Shown: piece after piece, positions 39,985 through 49,492 of the stretch
How the letters are laid out: each line of letters starts with the position of its first letter
How positions within the stretch are numbered: the stretch's first letter is position 1
The notes under the pieces: model-generated
Told to the model about the DNA's origin: nothing
Database searches by the model: none
What the model saw: the letters and a program-made list of their open reading frames with translations, nothing else
Translations under genes and position numbers: made by a program
NCBI GenBank assembly: GCA_963813705.1
Contig: CAWFAH010000007.1
Location: forward strand, 32,336-96,335
Length of the DNA stretch: 64,000 nt
Reading direction: 5' to 3'
Source of the DNA: an uncultured Chloroflexia bacterium
GTDB lineage: Bacteria > Chloroflexota > Limnocylindria > Limnocylindrales > CSP1-4

Positions 39985-42122
39985 CCTACACGTACGCCCT
40001 CGACGCCCCGCACTCGACGACGCTCGCCGAGGCGAAGGCGCTCGTCGGCGGCAAGGCCGCCAACCTCGGGGTCATGGCCCGCGAGCTCGGCCTGCCGGTC
40101 CCGCCGGGCTTCGTCATCACCACCGCGGCGTGCCGGACCTTCCTGGCGGAGGGCTGGCCGGCCGGTCTCGACGACGAGCTGCCCGAGCGGATGGCCGCGA
40201 TCGAGGCGGTCGTCGACCGACGCTTTGGCGACCCGTCCGACCCGCTGCTCGTGAGCGTCCGCTCGGGTGCGCCGGTGTCGATGCCCGGGATGATGGACAC
40301 GATCCTCGACCTCGGCCTGAACGACGCCACGACCGCCGGCCTCGCCCGGGCGTCGGGCGACCAGGCGTTCGCCCGCGCGTGTCGCGAGCGGTTCGAGGCG
40401 AGCTTCCGCTCGATCGTCGGCGCCCCCGACGTCCCGGCCGACCCGTGGGACCAGCTCCGCCTGGCGATCGAAGCCGTGTTCCGCTCGTGGAACAGCGACC
40501 GCGCCCGGACCTATCGCCGCAAGGAGGGCATCCCCGATGACCTCGGGACCGCCGTGACCGTCCAGGCGATGGTCTTCGGCAACCGCGGCCCGACCTCGGC
40601 CACCGGCGTGCTGTTCACCCGGAACCCGGCAACGGGCGCGCCATCGCTGTACGGCGACGTCCTGTTCGACGCCCAGGGCGAGGACGTGGTCGCCGGCACC
40701 CACCGCACCGAGCCGATTGCCGTCCTCGACGACCGCCTGCCGGCTGCCGCGGCCGACCTGCGCGAGTACGCCGACCGCCTCGAGCGGCTTTTCGCCGACA
40801 TGTGCGACATCGAGTTCACGATCGAGGACGGCCGGCTCTGGATGCTCCAGGTCCGGGTTGGCAAGCGGAGCCCGCAGGCCGCGCTGCGGATCGCGGTCGA
40901 CATGGCCGACGATCCGGCGTTCCCCCTGTCGCGCGCGGAGGCGGTGGAGCGAGTGCGGCCGTTGCTCGCTCAGCCACCGACGGTGGCCAGCCTCCACGCA
41001 TCCGCCGCCCCACCGCTGGCCCGCGGGCTGCCGGCGTCGCCGGGGATCGCGAGCGGCCCGATCGCCACGGACCCCGAGGCGGCCCAGGCCGCCGCCGAGA
41101 CCGGACCGGCGGCCATCCTCGTCCGGGCCGAGACGTCGCCCGACGACGTCCACGGGATGGCCCGCGCGGCCGGGATCCTGACCTCCCGCGGCGGCCTCGC
41201 CAGTCACGCCGCGGTCGTCGCCCGCGGCTGGGCCATCCCGGCCGTGGTCGGGGCGGGCGAGGTCGACGTGCGCGACGGCCGGGTGGTCATCGGCGAGCGG
41301 ACGCTGAAGGCCGGGGACGTCATCACGATCGACGGGACGACCGGCGAGGTGTTCGAGGGGACCGTGGCGGGGGCGACAGAGGTCGTGCCGGAGGCCGCCA
41401 CGCTGCTGGCCTGGGCTCGCGAGCTGGGCATCGCCATCACGGCGGAGCCGATCGCGGGCGCACCCGCTGCCCCCGCACAGCCGGCTCCCGCATCGGCGGC
41501 CCGCGAGGTCACCCCGGACCGCTGCCTCCGGGCGATCGCGATCAAGGGCTTCGCACCGCTCCAGGGCCTCGCCGACGCGGTCCTGTCGACGCCGGCGAAG
41601 GTCGAACCGATCGTCGAACGGCTCGTCGCGGACGGCCTGGTCACCACCGTCGCCGGGGCGTACAAGCTGACCGACGCCGGGACGACGAGGTCAGCCGCGC
41701 TCGTCGCCGAGGAGCGCTCCAGCTGGGGGACCGACGCCGCCGACGCCGCCCTCGACGGTTTCCTCGACCTCGACCGTCGGATGAAGGACACCGTGACCGC
41801 CTGGCAGCTCCGCGACATCGAGGCCCAGGTCGTCAACGACCACGCCGACGCCGCCTACGACGCGGCCGTGCTCGACCGACTCGCCGGCCTGCACGCCGAC
41901 GCGACCGCCTGGCTCGGGCCGCTCGAGGCCGGTTGCCCGCGGCTGGCGGACTTCGGCGCTCGCCTCGGCCGGGCGCTCGAGGCGGCGCTCGCGGGCGACG
42001 GGCGGTACGTCGCGTCACCCCGGGTCGACAGCTACCACGGGATCTGGTTCGAGCTCCACGAGGACCTGATCCAGCTGGCCGGCCGCAGCCGGGCGGACGA
42101 GGTCGCCGCCGGGCGCGCGTAG
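39981..42122 (+). CDS. pyruvate phosphate dikinase-like protein (ATP-grasp + phospho-His) fused to a C-terminal wHTH/Rv1126c-like domain
   Basis: GGKAANL, PVPPGF, SVRSGAPVSMPGMMDT, VQAMVFGN, AQGEDVVAG, DIEFTIE and GGLASHAAVVAR. No TIM barrel. Tail has WQLR...NDH.D..YD and DSYHGIWFELHEDLI. Confidence 0.88.
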   Translation: MTYTYALDAPHSTTLAEAKALVGGKAANLGVMARELGLPVPPGFVITTAACRTFLAEGWPAGLDDELPERMAAIEAVVDRRFGDPSDPLLVSVRSGAPVSMPGMMDTILDLGLNDATTAGLARASGDQAFARACRERFEASFRSIVGAPDVPADPWDQLRLAIEAVFRSWNSDRARTYRRKEGIPDDLGTAVTVQAMVFGNRGPTSATGVLFTRNPATGAPSLYGDVLFDAQGEDVVAGTHRTEPIAVLDDRLPAAAADLREYADRLERLFADMCDIEFTIEDGRLWMLQVRVGKRSPQAALRIAVDMADDPAFPLSRAEAVERVRPLLAQPPTVASLHASAAPPLARGLPASPGIASGPIATDPEAAQAAAETGPAAILVRAETSPDDVHGMARAAGILTSRGGLASHAAVVARGWAIPAVVGAGEVDVRDGRVVIGERTLKAGDVITIDGTTGEVFEGTVAGATEVVPEAATLLAWARELGIAITAEPIAGAPAAPAQPAPASAAREVTPDRCLRAIAIKGFAPLQGLADAVLSTPAKVEPIVERLVADGLVTTVAGAYKLTDAGTTRSAALVAEERSSWGTDAADAALDGFLDLDRRMKDTVTAWQLRDIEAQVVNDHADAAYDAAVLDRLAGLHADATAWLGPLEAGCPRLADFGARLGRALEAALAGDGRYVASPRVDSYHGIWFELHEDLIQLAGRSRADEVAAGRA

Positions 42123-42176
42123 CCCAATCTAGGCGAGATCACGCTCCCGGACCCTCCGATTTCGTACCCTGACCGC

Positions 42177-42521
42177 ATGGCGTATCCGAGCCGAGAGCAG
42201 CTGGAAGTATGCCGCCGGGTGGGTGCTCTACCTGATGTCCCACTGCCGGACCAAGTGGTCGGTCTGGGGCCTATCGGCGCTCTGCCCGTCAACGGCCTTC
42301 GCCATCCGCCCGACGGACAATCCTGCGGGTGGTATCTCTGGACCGGCGTGGAGATCGACCAATCGGATGATTCGTTCTTCCGCCCGATCCATGTGTCGCA
42401 CTTGGGCGACCACGACCCCGACGTGTTGCCGTATCTCGCCCTTCCCGCGGGCTGGAGGTTCCAGATCGGCCCCGGCCATGAGGACATCTGGTTCGACAGC
42501 GGGCTACTCGCAGCCGAGTGA
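42177..42521 (+). CDS. Imm33-like immunity domain protein
   Basis: NGLRHP...GWYLWTG...FFRPIHVSHL...YLALPAGWRF pattern (recalled family, not searched). Leaderless TACCCT. Confidence 0.7.
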   Translation: MAYPSREQLEVCRRVGALPDVPLPDQVVGLGPIGALPVNGLRHPPDGQSCGWYLWTGVEIDQSDDSFFRPIHVSHLGDHDPDVLPYLALPAGWRFQIGPGHEDIWFDSGLLAAE

Positions 42522-42565
42522 CGTTCCCGCACGCTGGCGGACCGCGAGGTTGCTACGCTGGAACC

Positions 42566-42913
42566 GTGACCTGGACCGACGATGACGGCGTGATGGCGGA
42601 ACTCCGGAGCTGGCTCGTCGAGCAGGGCTTCGTCGTACTGTCGGACCTCTACGACGCCGACCATTTTGGCAACCAGCTTGTCGAACTGGCTCGTCCCATC
42701 GCCGTCCGGCTCATCCGCGATCGCGGTCAGTGGGGGATCGAAATTGCCGGTCAAGATGGTGTCTGGTCGCCGCTGCTCGCCTCGGTCGACGCGACGCCTG
42801 GTAGGCGAGCCGAGGTTCTGTCCGCCGCCGATCAGAGCGAGGCCCTACGGGCTCTCCTGCCACAGATGGAGCGACGAGCCTCCGGTGACGCGGAGCAAGA
42901 CGCGCCCGAGTGA
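42566..42913 (+). CDS. hypothetical protein
   Basis: ORF 42518..42913. GTG 6 nt after TACGCT. Contains FGNQLV...RLIRDRGQW. Confidence 0.6.
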   Translation: MTWTDDDGVMAELRSWLVEQGFVVLSDLYDADHFGNQLVELARPIAVRLIRDRGQWGIEIAGQDGVWSPLLASVDATPGRRAEVLSAADQSEALRALLPQMERRASGDAEQDAPE

Positions 42914-42960
42914 CATTGGCACACTCCACGGACCGGCCTTTGCTGTAGCCTCGATCGGAT

Positions 42961-43329
42961 ATGTCGCGACTTGGGTCTCCTGGAGATGGCTTCGCGCCGC
43001 TCGACGTGGGGTCAGTCGGTATTCTGACGGCACTTGTCTCGGAGCCGTTTCCGGGCAGAGACGAGATCGCCCTGCAACTCGCGGTCGCCCGCAGTCGACG
43101 AATCGACGACCACGGATGTCTGGCGCTCTCAGCTCGTGATGCGCCGCGGGCGGCTGTCCTTCGGCGGATCCCGATCGAGGCCGAGGCCGACGACCTCGAC
43201 GGCATGACCATCCACATCCTGCTCCACGTGGTCGACGGCTACATCGACGAACTGGAGCTGTACCGGGAAGACGGGCGAGCATTCCTCGCGCCGGTCAGGA
43301 GCGAGGCCATCCGCATCGTGGCGTTCTGA
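42961..43329 (+). CDS. hypothetical protein (DUF6984-like)
   Basis: FPGRDE..QL...EAEADDLDG..IHILLHVVDGYIDELELYREDG pattern (recalled family, not searched). Confidence 0.65.
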   Translation: MSRLGSPGDGFAPLDVGSVGILTALVSEPFPGRDEIALQLAVARSRRIDDHGCLALSARDAPRAAVLRRIPIEAEADDLDGMTIHILLHVVDGYIDELELYREDGRAFLAPVRSEAIRIVAF

Positions 43330-43572
43330 CCAACACCCGGTCAGGTGACAGGCACTCGCTCTGGCGTCATTGACGCACGCCATTCGAGGCTGGCGTGACC
43401 TCGCCGTCACTTGACTACCAACGGCACTTGGCAGGACCCGGGGTCGCCGCGATGCTCGGTGAGGCCGCGGGGACGATGCGCAAGGCCATGGTTTGCCACC
43501 CCGGACAGCTCCAGGCTACGTGCGAGACGCTGGATGCATGTGGCAGGTCGGCAGGCCCCAGAGACGCGAGGG

Positions 43573-44328
43573 ATGAAGATGAATTCGAACCGAAGGATCG
43601 CCGTCGTCGCGGGAGTGCTGTTCATCATCGCGACCGTTGCAGACCTGATCTCGCGCGTCGTGTTCGTGCAACCAATTCTGAGCGAGCCGGTTGACTTCAC
43701 CAAGATCTCGGCGAACGAAAACCAGGTCCTCCTGGGAGCGATCTTTCTGTTCATCGGGGCTGCTGCGGCTGCTGGCATTGCCATTGCGCTGTACCCGGTA
43801 TTGAGGAAACACAACGAAGGTCTGGCCCTTGGATCGGTCGCCTTCAGGCTCATCGAGGGAGCGCTCTATATCGGCATCGTTGTCTGCCTGCTGCTGCTGG
43901 TGACCTTGAGCCAGGAATCGGCGAACGCAGGAGCTGCGGCTTCATCGGCCTACGTGGTCCCTGCTGCGCTGTTGATGGCAGCCCGTGATTCGTTGGGCGA
44001 AGTGGCGGTGCTGGCCTTTGGCCTCGGAGCGCTCATGTACTACTGGGTGTTCTATCAATCGCGACTCGTCCCTCGATGGCTGTCGGTCTGGGGTCTTGTC
44101 GCCATCGCGTCGCTCATGGTGTCCGGCATCCTCGTCATCCTCGGTCTTGCCGAGCCGATGTCGACGACCCAGGTCGTCCTGGCTCTTCCCATCTTCCTGC
44201 AGGAGATGGTCCTGGCCGTCTGGCTGATCGCCAAGGGCTTCAACCCATCGGCCATCGCTCCCGAGTCTGCCGGTGACACCTCCGGGTGGCGGGCCACTGC
44301 GAGCACTGCGTCGGGGTCAGCAGCGTAG
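43573..44328 (+). CDS. DUF4386-like multi-pass membrane protein
   Basis: RIAVVAGVLFIIAT, LYPVLRK, FRLIE, SRLVPRWLSVWG and EMVLAVWLIAKGF motifs. Confidence 0.85.
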   Translation: MKMNSNRRIAVVAGVLFIIATVADLISRVVFVQPILSEPVDFTKISANENQVLLGAIFLFIGAAAAAGIAIALYPVLRKHNEGLALGSVAFRLIEGALYIGIVVCLLLLVTLSQESANAGAAASSAYVVPAALLMAARDSLGEVAVLAFGLGALMYYWVFYQSRLVPRWLSVWGLVAIASLMVSGILVILGLAEPMSTTQVVLALPIFLQEMVLAVWLIAKGFNPSAIAPESAGDTSGWRATASTASGSAA

Positions 44329-44340
44329 AAGGCGACACCT

Positions 44341-44378
44341 GCGGGAGGGTCAGCGTCGCAAGGCGCTGACCTTCTCGC
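44341..44378 (+). terminator. long stem-loop (GCAA tetraloop) downstream of the DUF4386 gene
   Basis: GCGGGAGGGTCAGCGTC-GCAA-GGCGCTGACCTTCTCGC, 17-bp stem with GU pairs, no U-tract. Confidence 0.55.
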
Positions 44379-44552
44379 TAGCGCGCGGATCGACGGATGC
44401 CCCCGGCTCAGCGGGTACCACGGACTCAAGGCCATTTCCAGGACGTCATCGCCGCCTCCCCCTGCCGGTCGGGTCGACTCAATCACTGGGTTCACTGAAC
44501 GCATGCCGTTCGGAGTGGCGGGCCCGGGATGGCTCAGGTCGTTCCCGGTCGG

Positions 44553-45435
44553 TCAGCGGCCCTTCGCATACCCAACGGCTGTGAGCTTGTCCCAGAGCGA
44601 GCCGGCGTTGTTGTTCTGGATGTGATCCATCATGTAGCCCTGCCCGACGTCGACCGGGCCGAACGCGTCGTCGAAGCGGACCCGGGCGATCGTCTCGTCG
44701 CGCGTCCAGCCATTCGCCACCGCGTCCGCGACGGCCGCCTTCCACTGGAGCAGGACGGATCGCTGCGTGTCGACGTAGGCGAGCGTCTGGACGGGGCCGT
44801 GACCGGGGACCAGGTGGTCGACGTCCGGCAATGCGCGGATCCGCTCGAGCGCCTCGAGCCACTGGTCGACGTTCGAGGTCATGAGCCAGGTCTGGCACTC
44901 GGAGAAGATCGTGTCGCCGGTGAAGACGGCCCGCTCCTCCGGCACGTGCACCGCGAGCTGGCCAGGCGTGTGGCCGGGCGTGTGGAGCAGGTGGAACGTG
45001 TGGTCGCCGACGCGCAGGGTCAGGTCGCCGGTGAAGACGACCGTTCCGCGCGGCAGCGCAGCGTAGTACGTCGTCGCGATCGGGCAGGAGCGCCGCACCG
45101 TCGGGGTCGTCGGTGGGGATGGCCTCGAGCGCATAGGCGAACGGGTCGAGGGCGGCGTTGGGGTCCATGAAGATGTCCCACAGCGCCTGGTGGTTGACGA
45201 TCTCGCCGGCGCCGCGGAACCAGTGGTTGCCGAAGATGTGGTCGACGTGGTTCTCGGTGTTGATGAGGTAGCGGATCGGGCCGTGCGACTCGGCCTCCTG
45301 GCGCATCGCGACGGCGCGCGTCGGGAGCTGCGGCGTGTCGATGACCACGACGCCGTCGGACGTCGTCACGAAGCTCGGGTTGCAGCCGCGCAGCTTCGTG
45401 TTGGTGAAGACGTTGGGGGTGACCTGCTCCATCAT
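44553..45435 (-). CDS. MBL-fold metallo-hydrolase (cyclase-like; frameshift near 45070)
   Basis: VIDTP, variant motif TENHVDHIFGN, HTPGHT, FTGD and VPGHG. Confidence 0.87.
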
Positions 45436-45465
45436 CGAGGTCGCTCGGATGTCACGGGGCCTCCC

Positions 45466-46251
45466 TTACTGCGTCGCGGTGAGGCCGCCGTCGATGCCCA
45501 GCACCTGGCCGGTCACGAACGAGGCGGCGTCGGAGCACAGGAAGATCGCCGGGCCGACGAGGTCGCGGGTCTCGCCGACGCGCCCAAGCGGGATCCGGCC
45601 GACGATGCCGGCCTTGAAGTCGGGGTCCGCCAGCAGGCTCGCCACCTGCGGCGTGTCGACGAAGGTCGGCATGATCGCGTTGACCCGGATCCCGTGCTTC
45701 GCCCACTCGGTGGCCCACTGGCGGGTGAGCGAGCTGATCGCCCCCTTCGCCGCGACGTAGGCCGCATAGCCGGCAGCGATCCCCAGGTTGGCGCGCACCG
45801 ACGAGATGTTGAGCACGGCGCCGCCATGGCCCGCGGCGATCATCGCCCGGACCGCCGCCTGGGTCGGCAGGACCGTGCTGCGCACGTTCAGCTCCATGAT
45901 CCAGTCCCAGTCGGAGCGCGGGTACTCCTCGGCGGGGTGGAGCGCCTTCCCGGCGCCGCCGCCGACGGCGTTGACGACGATGTCGACGCGGCCGAAGCGG
46001 GCCACGGTCGCCTCGACCATCCGCGCGCAGTCCGCCTCGCTGGTCGCGTCAGCGGCGATCGCCAGGCCCTCCGAGCCGGCTGCCCGCACGCGCTCGACCG
46101 TGGCCTCGCAGCTCTCGGCGGTGCGGCCGGCTACGGCAATTCGCGCACCGGCCCCGGCGAGCGCCTCCGCGAGCGCCGCTCCGATGGCGCCGCCGCCGCC
46201 CACGACGAGGGCGACCCGTCCTTCCAGGCCGAAGATGTCGAGCTGACCCAT
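45466..46251 (-). CDS. short-chain dehydrogenase/reductase
   Basis: GGGGAIG, NISS, YVAAKG and IRVNAI motifs. Confidence 0.92.
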   Translation of the reverse strand: MGQLDIFGLEGRVALVVGGGGAIGAALAEALAGAGARIAVAGRTAESCEATVERVRAAGSEGLAIAADATSEADCARMVEATVARFGRVDIVVNAVGGGAGKALHPAEEYPRSDWDWIMELNVRSTVLPTQAAVRAMIAAGHGGAVLNISSVRANLGIAAGYAAYVAAKGAISSLTRQWATEWAKHGIRVNAIMPTFVDTPQVASLLADPDFKAGIVGRIPLGRVGETRDLVGPAIFLCSDAASFVTGQVLGIDGGLTATQ

Positions 46252-46329
46252 CGTCCTCCTCGCGGGGTGGCTGTGACGCCTTCGTGCGGCCGAACGTGAG
46301 CACCGCGGCCAGGTTCCGCCCGCCGTTTG

Positions 46330-46370
46330 ATCGATTATCGAGAATACGCCAGCGAGACGCTCGGCGTCAA
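46330..46370 (-). promoter_or_regulatory. sigma70-type promoter TTGACG-N18-TATTCT with overlapping ATCGATTATCGAG operator
   Basis: cgtcaa at 46365-46370, agaata at 46341-46346. Operator at 46330-46342 matches the 32927 site. Confidence 0.65.
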
Positions 46371-46596
46371 CGCGGCGAGGCTCAGCGCCTGGATCGACTC
46401 TGGCTGTGAATCACTGCAGCGCGTGGTGACGGTCGGCCCGGGCTGACGGCGATTCTTCGCCATCTACCAATCGGGGTGGTGGTAGGCGCCTCCCGCGATC
46501 GCAATCAGGCCCGGACCGGGCCACGCCGAGCGTGGTCGGGGCCGGTTGCCTGGCGGCACCGGCCGGATCCTGCGCGCAGGACCACCGGGGTTGGTA

Positions 46597-46682
46597 GGCG
46601 GCAACGTGACGGGGCGGCAACGTGACGGGGCGGCAACGTGACGGGGCGGCAACGCGACGGGGCGGCAACGCGACGGGGCGGC
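46597..46682. repeat. 16-bp tandem repeat ggcggcaacg(t/c)gacgg x5
   Basis: Three T-variant then two C-variant units, intergenic. Confidence 0.9.
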
Positions 46683-46718
46683 GACCTGATCGCCGCCGAC
46701 GGCGCCCCGGGCCCGGGA

Positions 46719-47109
46719 CTAGGTGCCCTCGAGGCCCTTCCGGATCATCCCGAGCGACGCGTCCGGTCCCTTGTAGCCGATGAGGTACTCGAGGCGGATC
46801 GGCGCGAACGCCTCGTAGAAGACGACGTCCTCGTCGGACAGCTGACGGAAGGCGTGGACGCAGTCCGACGGGATGACCAGGAGCGAGCCGGGACCCGACC
46901 TCGGCCTCCTCCTCGCCGACCTTCGCCCACAGCCGGCCCTGCTCGACGAGCATCAGCTGCTCGGCCGGGTGGAAGTGGTCGGGGATGACGACCCCGCCGC
47001 GGTAGACGATCCGGGTGAGCATCGTCTTCTCGCCCGACACGGTCTGGCGGAAGACGCCCGGCACGTACTCGATCGTCGGGAACTCGTCCCAGGTCGTGAT
47101 CTGGCCCAT
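46719..47109 (-). CDS. cupin domain protein (frameshift near 46895)
   Basis: HFHPAEQ...G motif 1. After removing one G, GPGSLLVIPSDCVHAF motif 2, ending at TAG 46719. Confidence 0.85.
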
Positions 47110-47131
47110 CGGGTCTCCCTGCTCTGGCGGC

Positions 47132-48144
47132 TCAGCGCGGCTCGGCGGACCTGGCGTCGAGGCCGCGCAGCACCTTCTCGGGGGTGATGGGCAGCTCGTC
47201 GATCCGGACGCCGGTCGCGTGGTAGATGGCGTTGGCGATCGCCGGGATCGGCGAGTTGGCGGTCATCTCGCCGATGCCCTTGACGCCGTACGGGCCGTTG
47301 GACGACGGCACCTCGAGGACGACCGACTCGACCTCGGGCATCTCGAGCGGGCCGGGCATGAGGTACTCGCTGAAGTCCTTGGGGCTGTGGTCGGGCGCCG
47401 GGTAGTAGGGCGCCGTCGTCTCGTACAGCGCGTGGGACATGCCCATCCACGCCCCGCCGGCGATCTGGCCCTGGACGAGGGCCGGGTTGACCTGCCGCCC
47501 GACCTCGTAGGCGCTCCGGATGCTGAGGACGGTGACCTCGCCGGTCTCGGTGTCGACCTCGACCTCGGCGACGGTGCAGGCGTGCGCCTCGGTCGAGTCG
47601 GGATCCATCGCCCCGGTCTCGGGATCGACCTCGCTCTTGGGCTTCATGAAGCTGCCCCGGCCGGCGATCGTGCGGCCGTACTGGAACTGGGCTCGCGAGG
47701 CGATGTCGGCGATCCGGAGCGAGCGACCGGGGCTGCCGCGGACGACGATGCTGCCCTGGCCGTCGAGCTCGAGGTCGTCGACCGCCGCCTCGAGGTCTTC
47801 GGCCGCAACCTCGAGCAGCGACTGCGCGCGCCTCGGTGGCCGCGGCGATCACCGCGTTGCCCACCCGGTGGGTGGCCCGGCTGGCGAAGGTCCCCATGTC
47901 GTGCGGGCCCGGTGTCCGTGTCGGCGGTGTCGACGACGATCTCCTCGAACGGGACGCCCATCGTCTCGGCGGCGATCTGGCCGATGACCGTCCGCAGGCC
48001 CTGGCCCAGGTCCGTCGCCGAGAGCGTGACGACGAACGAGCCGCTCGTCGTGGCATGGATCAGCGCCTGCGACGGGTCGCCGCCGAGGTTCATCCCGGTC
48101 GGGTAGTTGACGGCGGCGATCCCGGTCCCGCGCAGCCTGGCCAT
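47132..48144 (-). CDS. molybdopterin-binding subunit, C-terminal 'medium' half (frameshifts near 47820 and 47905)
   Basis: MARLRGTGIA..NYPTG, DLGQG, GTFASR, EVEVDTETGEV and GVKGIGE motifs. Confidence 0.82.
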
Positions 48145-48146
48145 CG

Positions 48147-49492
48147 CTAGCCGCCGTCCGTTCCGCGCGTCGCGCGGCGCCGAGGTCATCGCCTGCAGCT
48201 CGGGGGCCAGCTCGTGGCCGACGAGCGCCGCGGCCGCCTGCATCGTCTCGATCAGCGTCGCGTCCTCGACCAGCTTCCGGTGCGGCTTCAGGTCGCCGTT
48301 CCGGTAGGCGTTGCGGAAGCGGAGCGTCCACGGGTCGAGCCCGACCGTCTCGGCGATCTTGTCCATCTGGACCTCGAGCGCGAACGAGGCCATCGTGATC
48401 CCGAACCCGCGCATGGCGCTCGTGGGCTGGCGGTTCGTGTAGACGCAGTAGGCGTCGATCGACACGTTCGGGATGGCGTACGGTCCGGCGGCGTTGGCGG
48501 CGTGCTTCGTCAGCGCGTACGGCGTCTGGCGGCTGTACGCGCCCGAGTCGGCGTAGCTCGTGACCTTGCGGGCGACGATCCGGCCGTCGGCCATCACCCC
48601 GTCCTTCAGGTAGATGCGCCAGGCGCTGCGCGTCGACGACACCTGCATCTCCTCGGACCGGCTGTACACGAAGCGGACCGGCCGGTTCGTCTTCATCGCG
48701 GCCAGCGCGGCGATCGGCTCGACGATGACGTCGACCTTGCCGCCGAACCCGCCGCCGACGGTGCCGCCCACGAAGTGGAGCCGGTTGCCGGGGACCTGCA
48801 GGATGATCGAGGTGTTGTCGAGGCTGAAGTAGAGCGCCTGGGTGTTCGTGTAGACGGTGGTCCGGCCGTTGGCCTCGGGCACGGCGATGCAGCCGGTCGT
48901 CTCGGTCGGGGCATGCTCGATCGGGCTCGTGTTGTAGACGCCCTCGACGATGTGGTCGGCCGCCCGGAACGCCGGCCTCGACGTCGCCCAGCCGAACCCG
49001 CCGGCAGGGGTGACCCTCGTACATGAACGTGTTGTTGCCCCAGTGGGTCACGATCGGGGCGCCGGGCTTGAGCGCCTCCTCGACGTCGAAGACCGCGGGC
49101 AGCTCCTCGAGGTCGAGCCGGACCCGCGAGACGGCCTCCAGGGCGGCCTCCTCGGTCTCGGCGAGGATGGCCGCGATCGCCTCGCCCTTGAACCGGACGC
49201 GCTCCTCGGCCAGCACGAACTCCTCTTCCGGCTCGACGCCGATGAGCCCCAGGATCGTGTACTTGTTGTGCGGCACGTCGCGCGCGGTCAGGGCGCGGAC
49301 GAAGCCCGGCACCCGCTCGGCATCGGACAGGTCGATGGTCCGGATCCGGGCGTGGTGGAGCGGGCTGCGGACCATCTTGAGATGGAGCATGCCGGGGAAG
49401 ACGCGGTCGCCCGTGAACTGCGTCCGGCCAGTCACGTGGCCGATCCCGTCGCTCCGGCGGACGGACCGGCCGACGACGTTGAGCGCCTTCAT
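48147..49492 (-). CDS. molybdopterin-binding subunit, N-terminal 'large' half (frameshift near 48970)
   Basis: VGRSVRRSDG..HVTG, RSPLHHARI, GGGFGGK, GPYAIPNV and AMRGFG. Reads in frame into the next half in this sequence, so the end is uncertain. Confidence 0.8.

Noticed and set aside
39981-42122. Canonical ppdK
   Set aside because: Lacks the C-terminal pyruvate/PEP-binding TIM barrel, so the symbol was withheld.
43395-43572. Remnant of an oxidoreductase gene (MRKAMVC...) before DUF4386
   Set aside because: Similarity is limited to a few residues and cannot be supported.
42122-44550. Integron cassette array
   Set aside because: No integrase and no repeated RYYYAAC...GTTRRRY attC structure between the ORFs.
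46597-46682. CRISPR or iteron array
   Set aside because: Contiguous 16-mers with no spacers and no rep gene.
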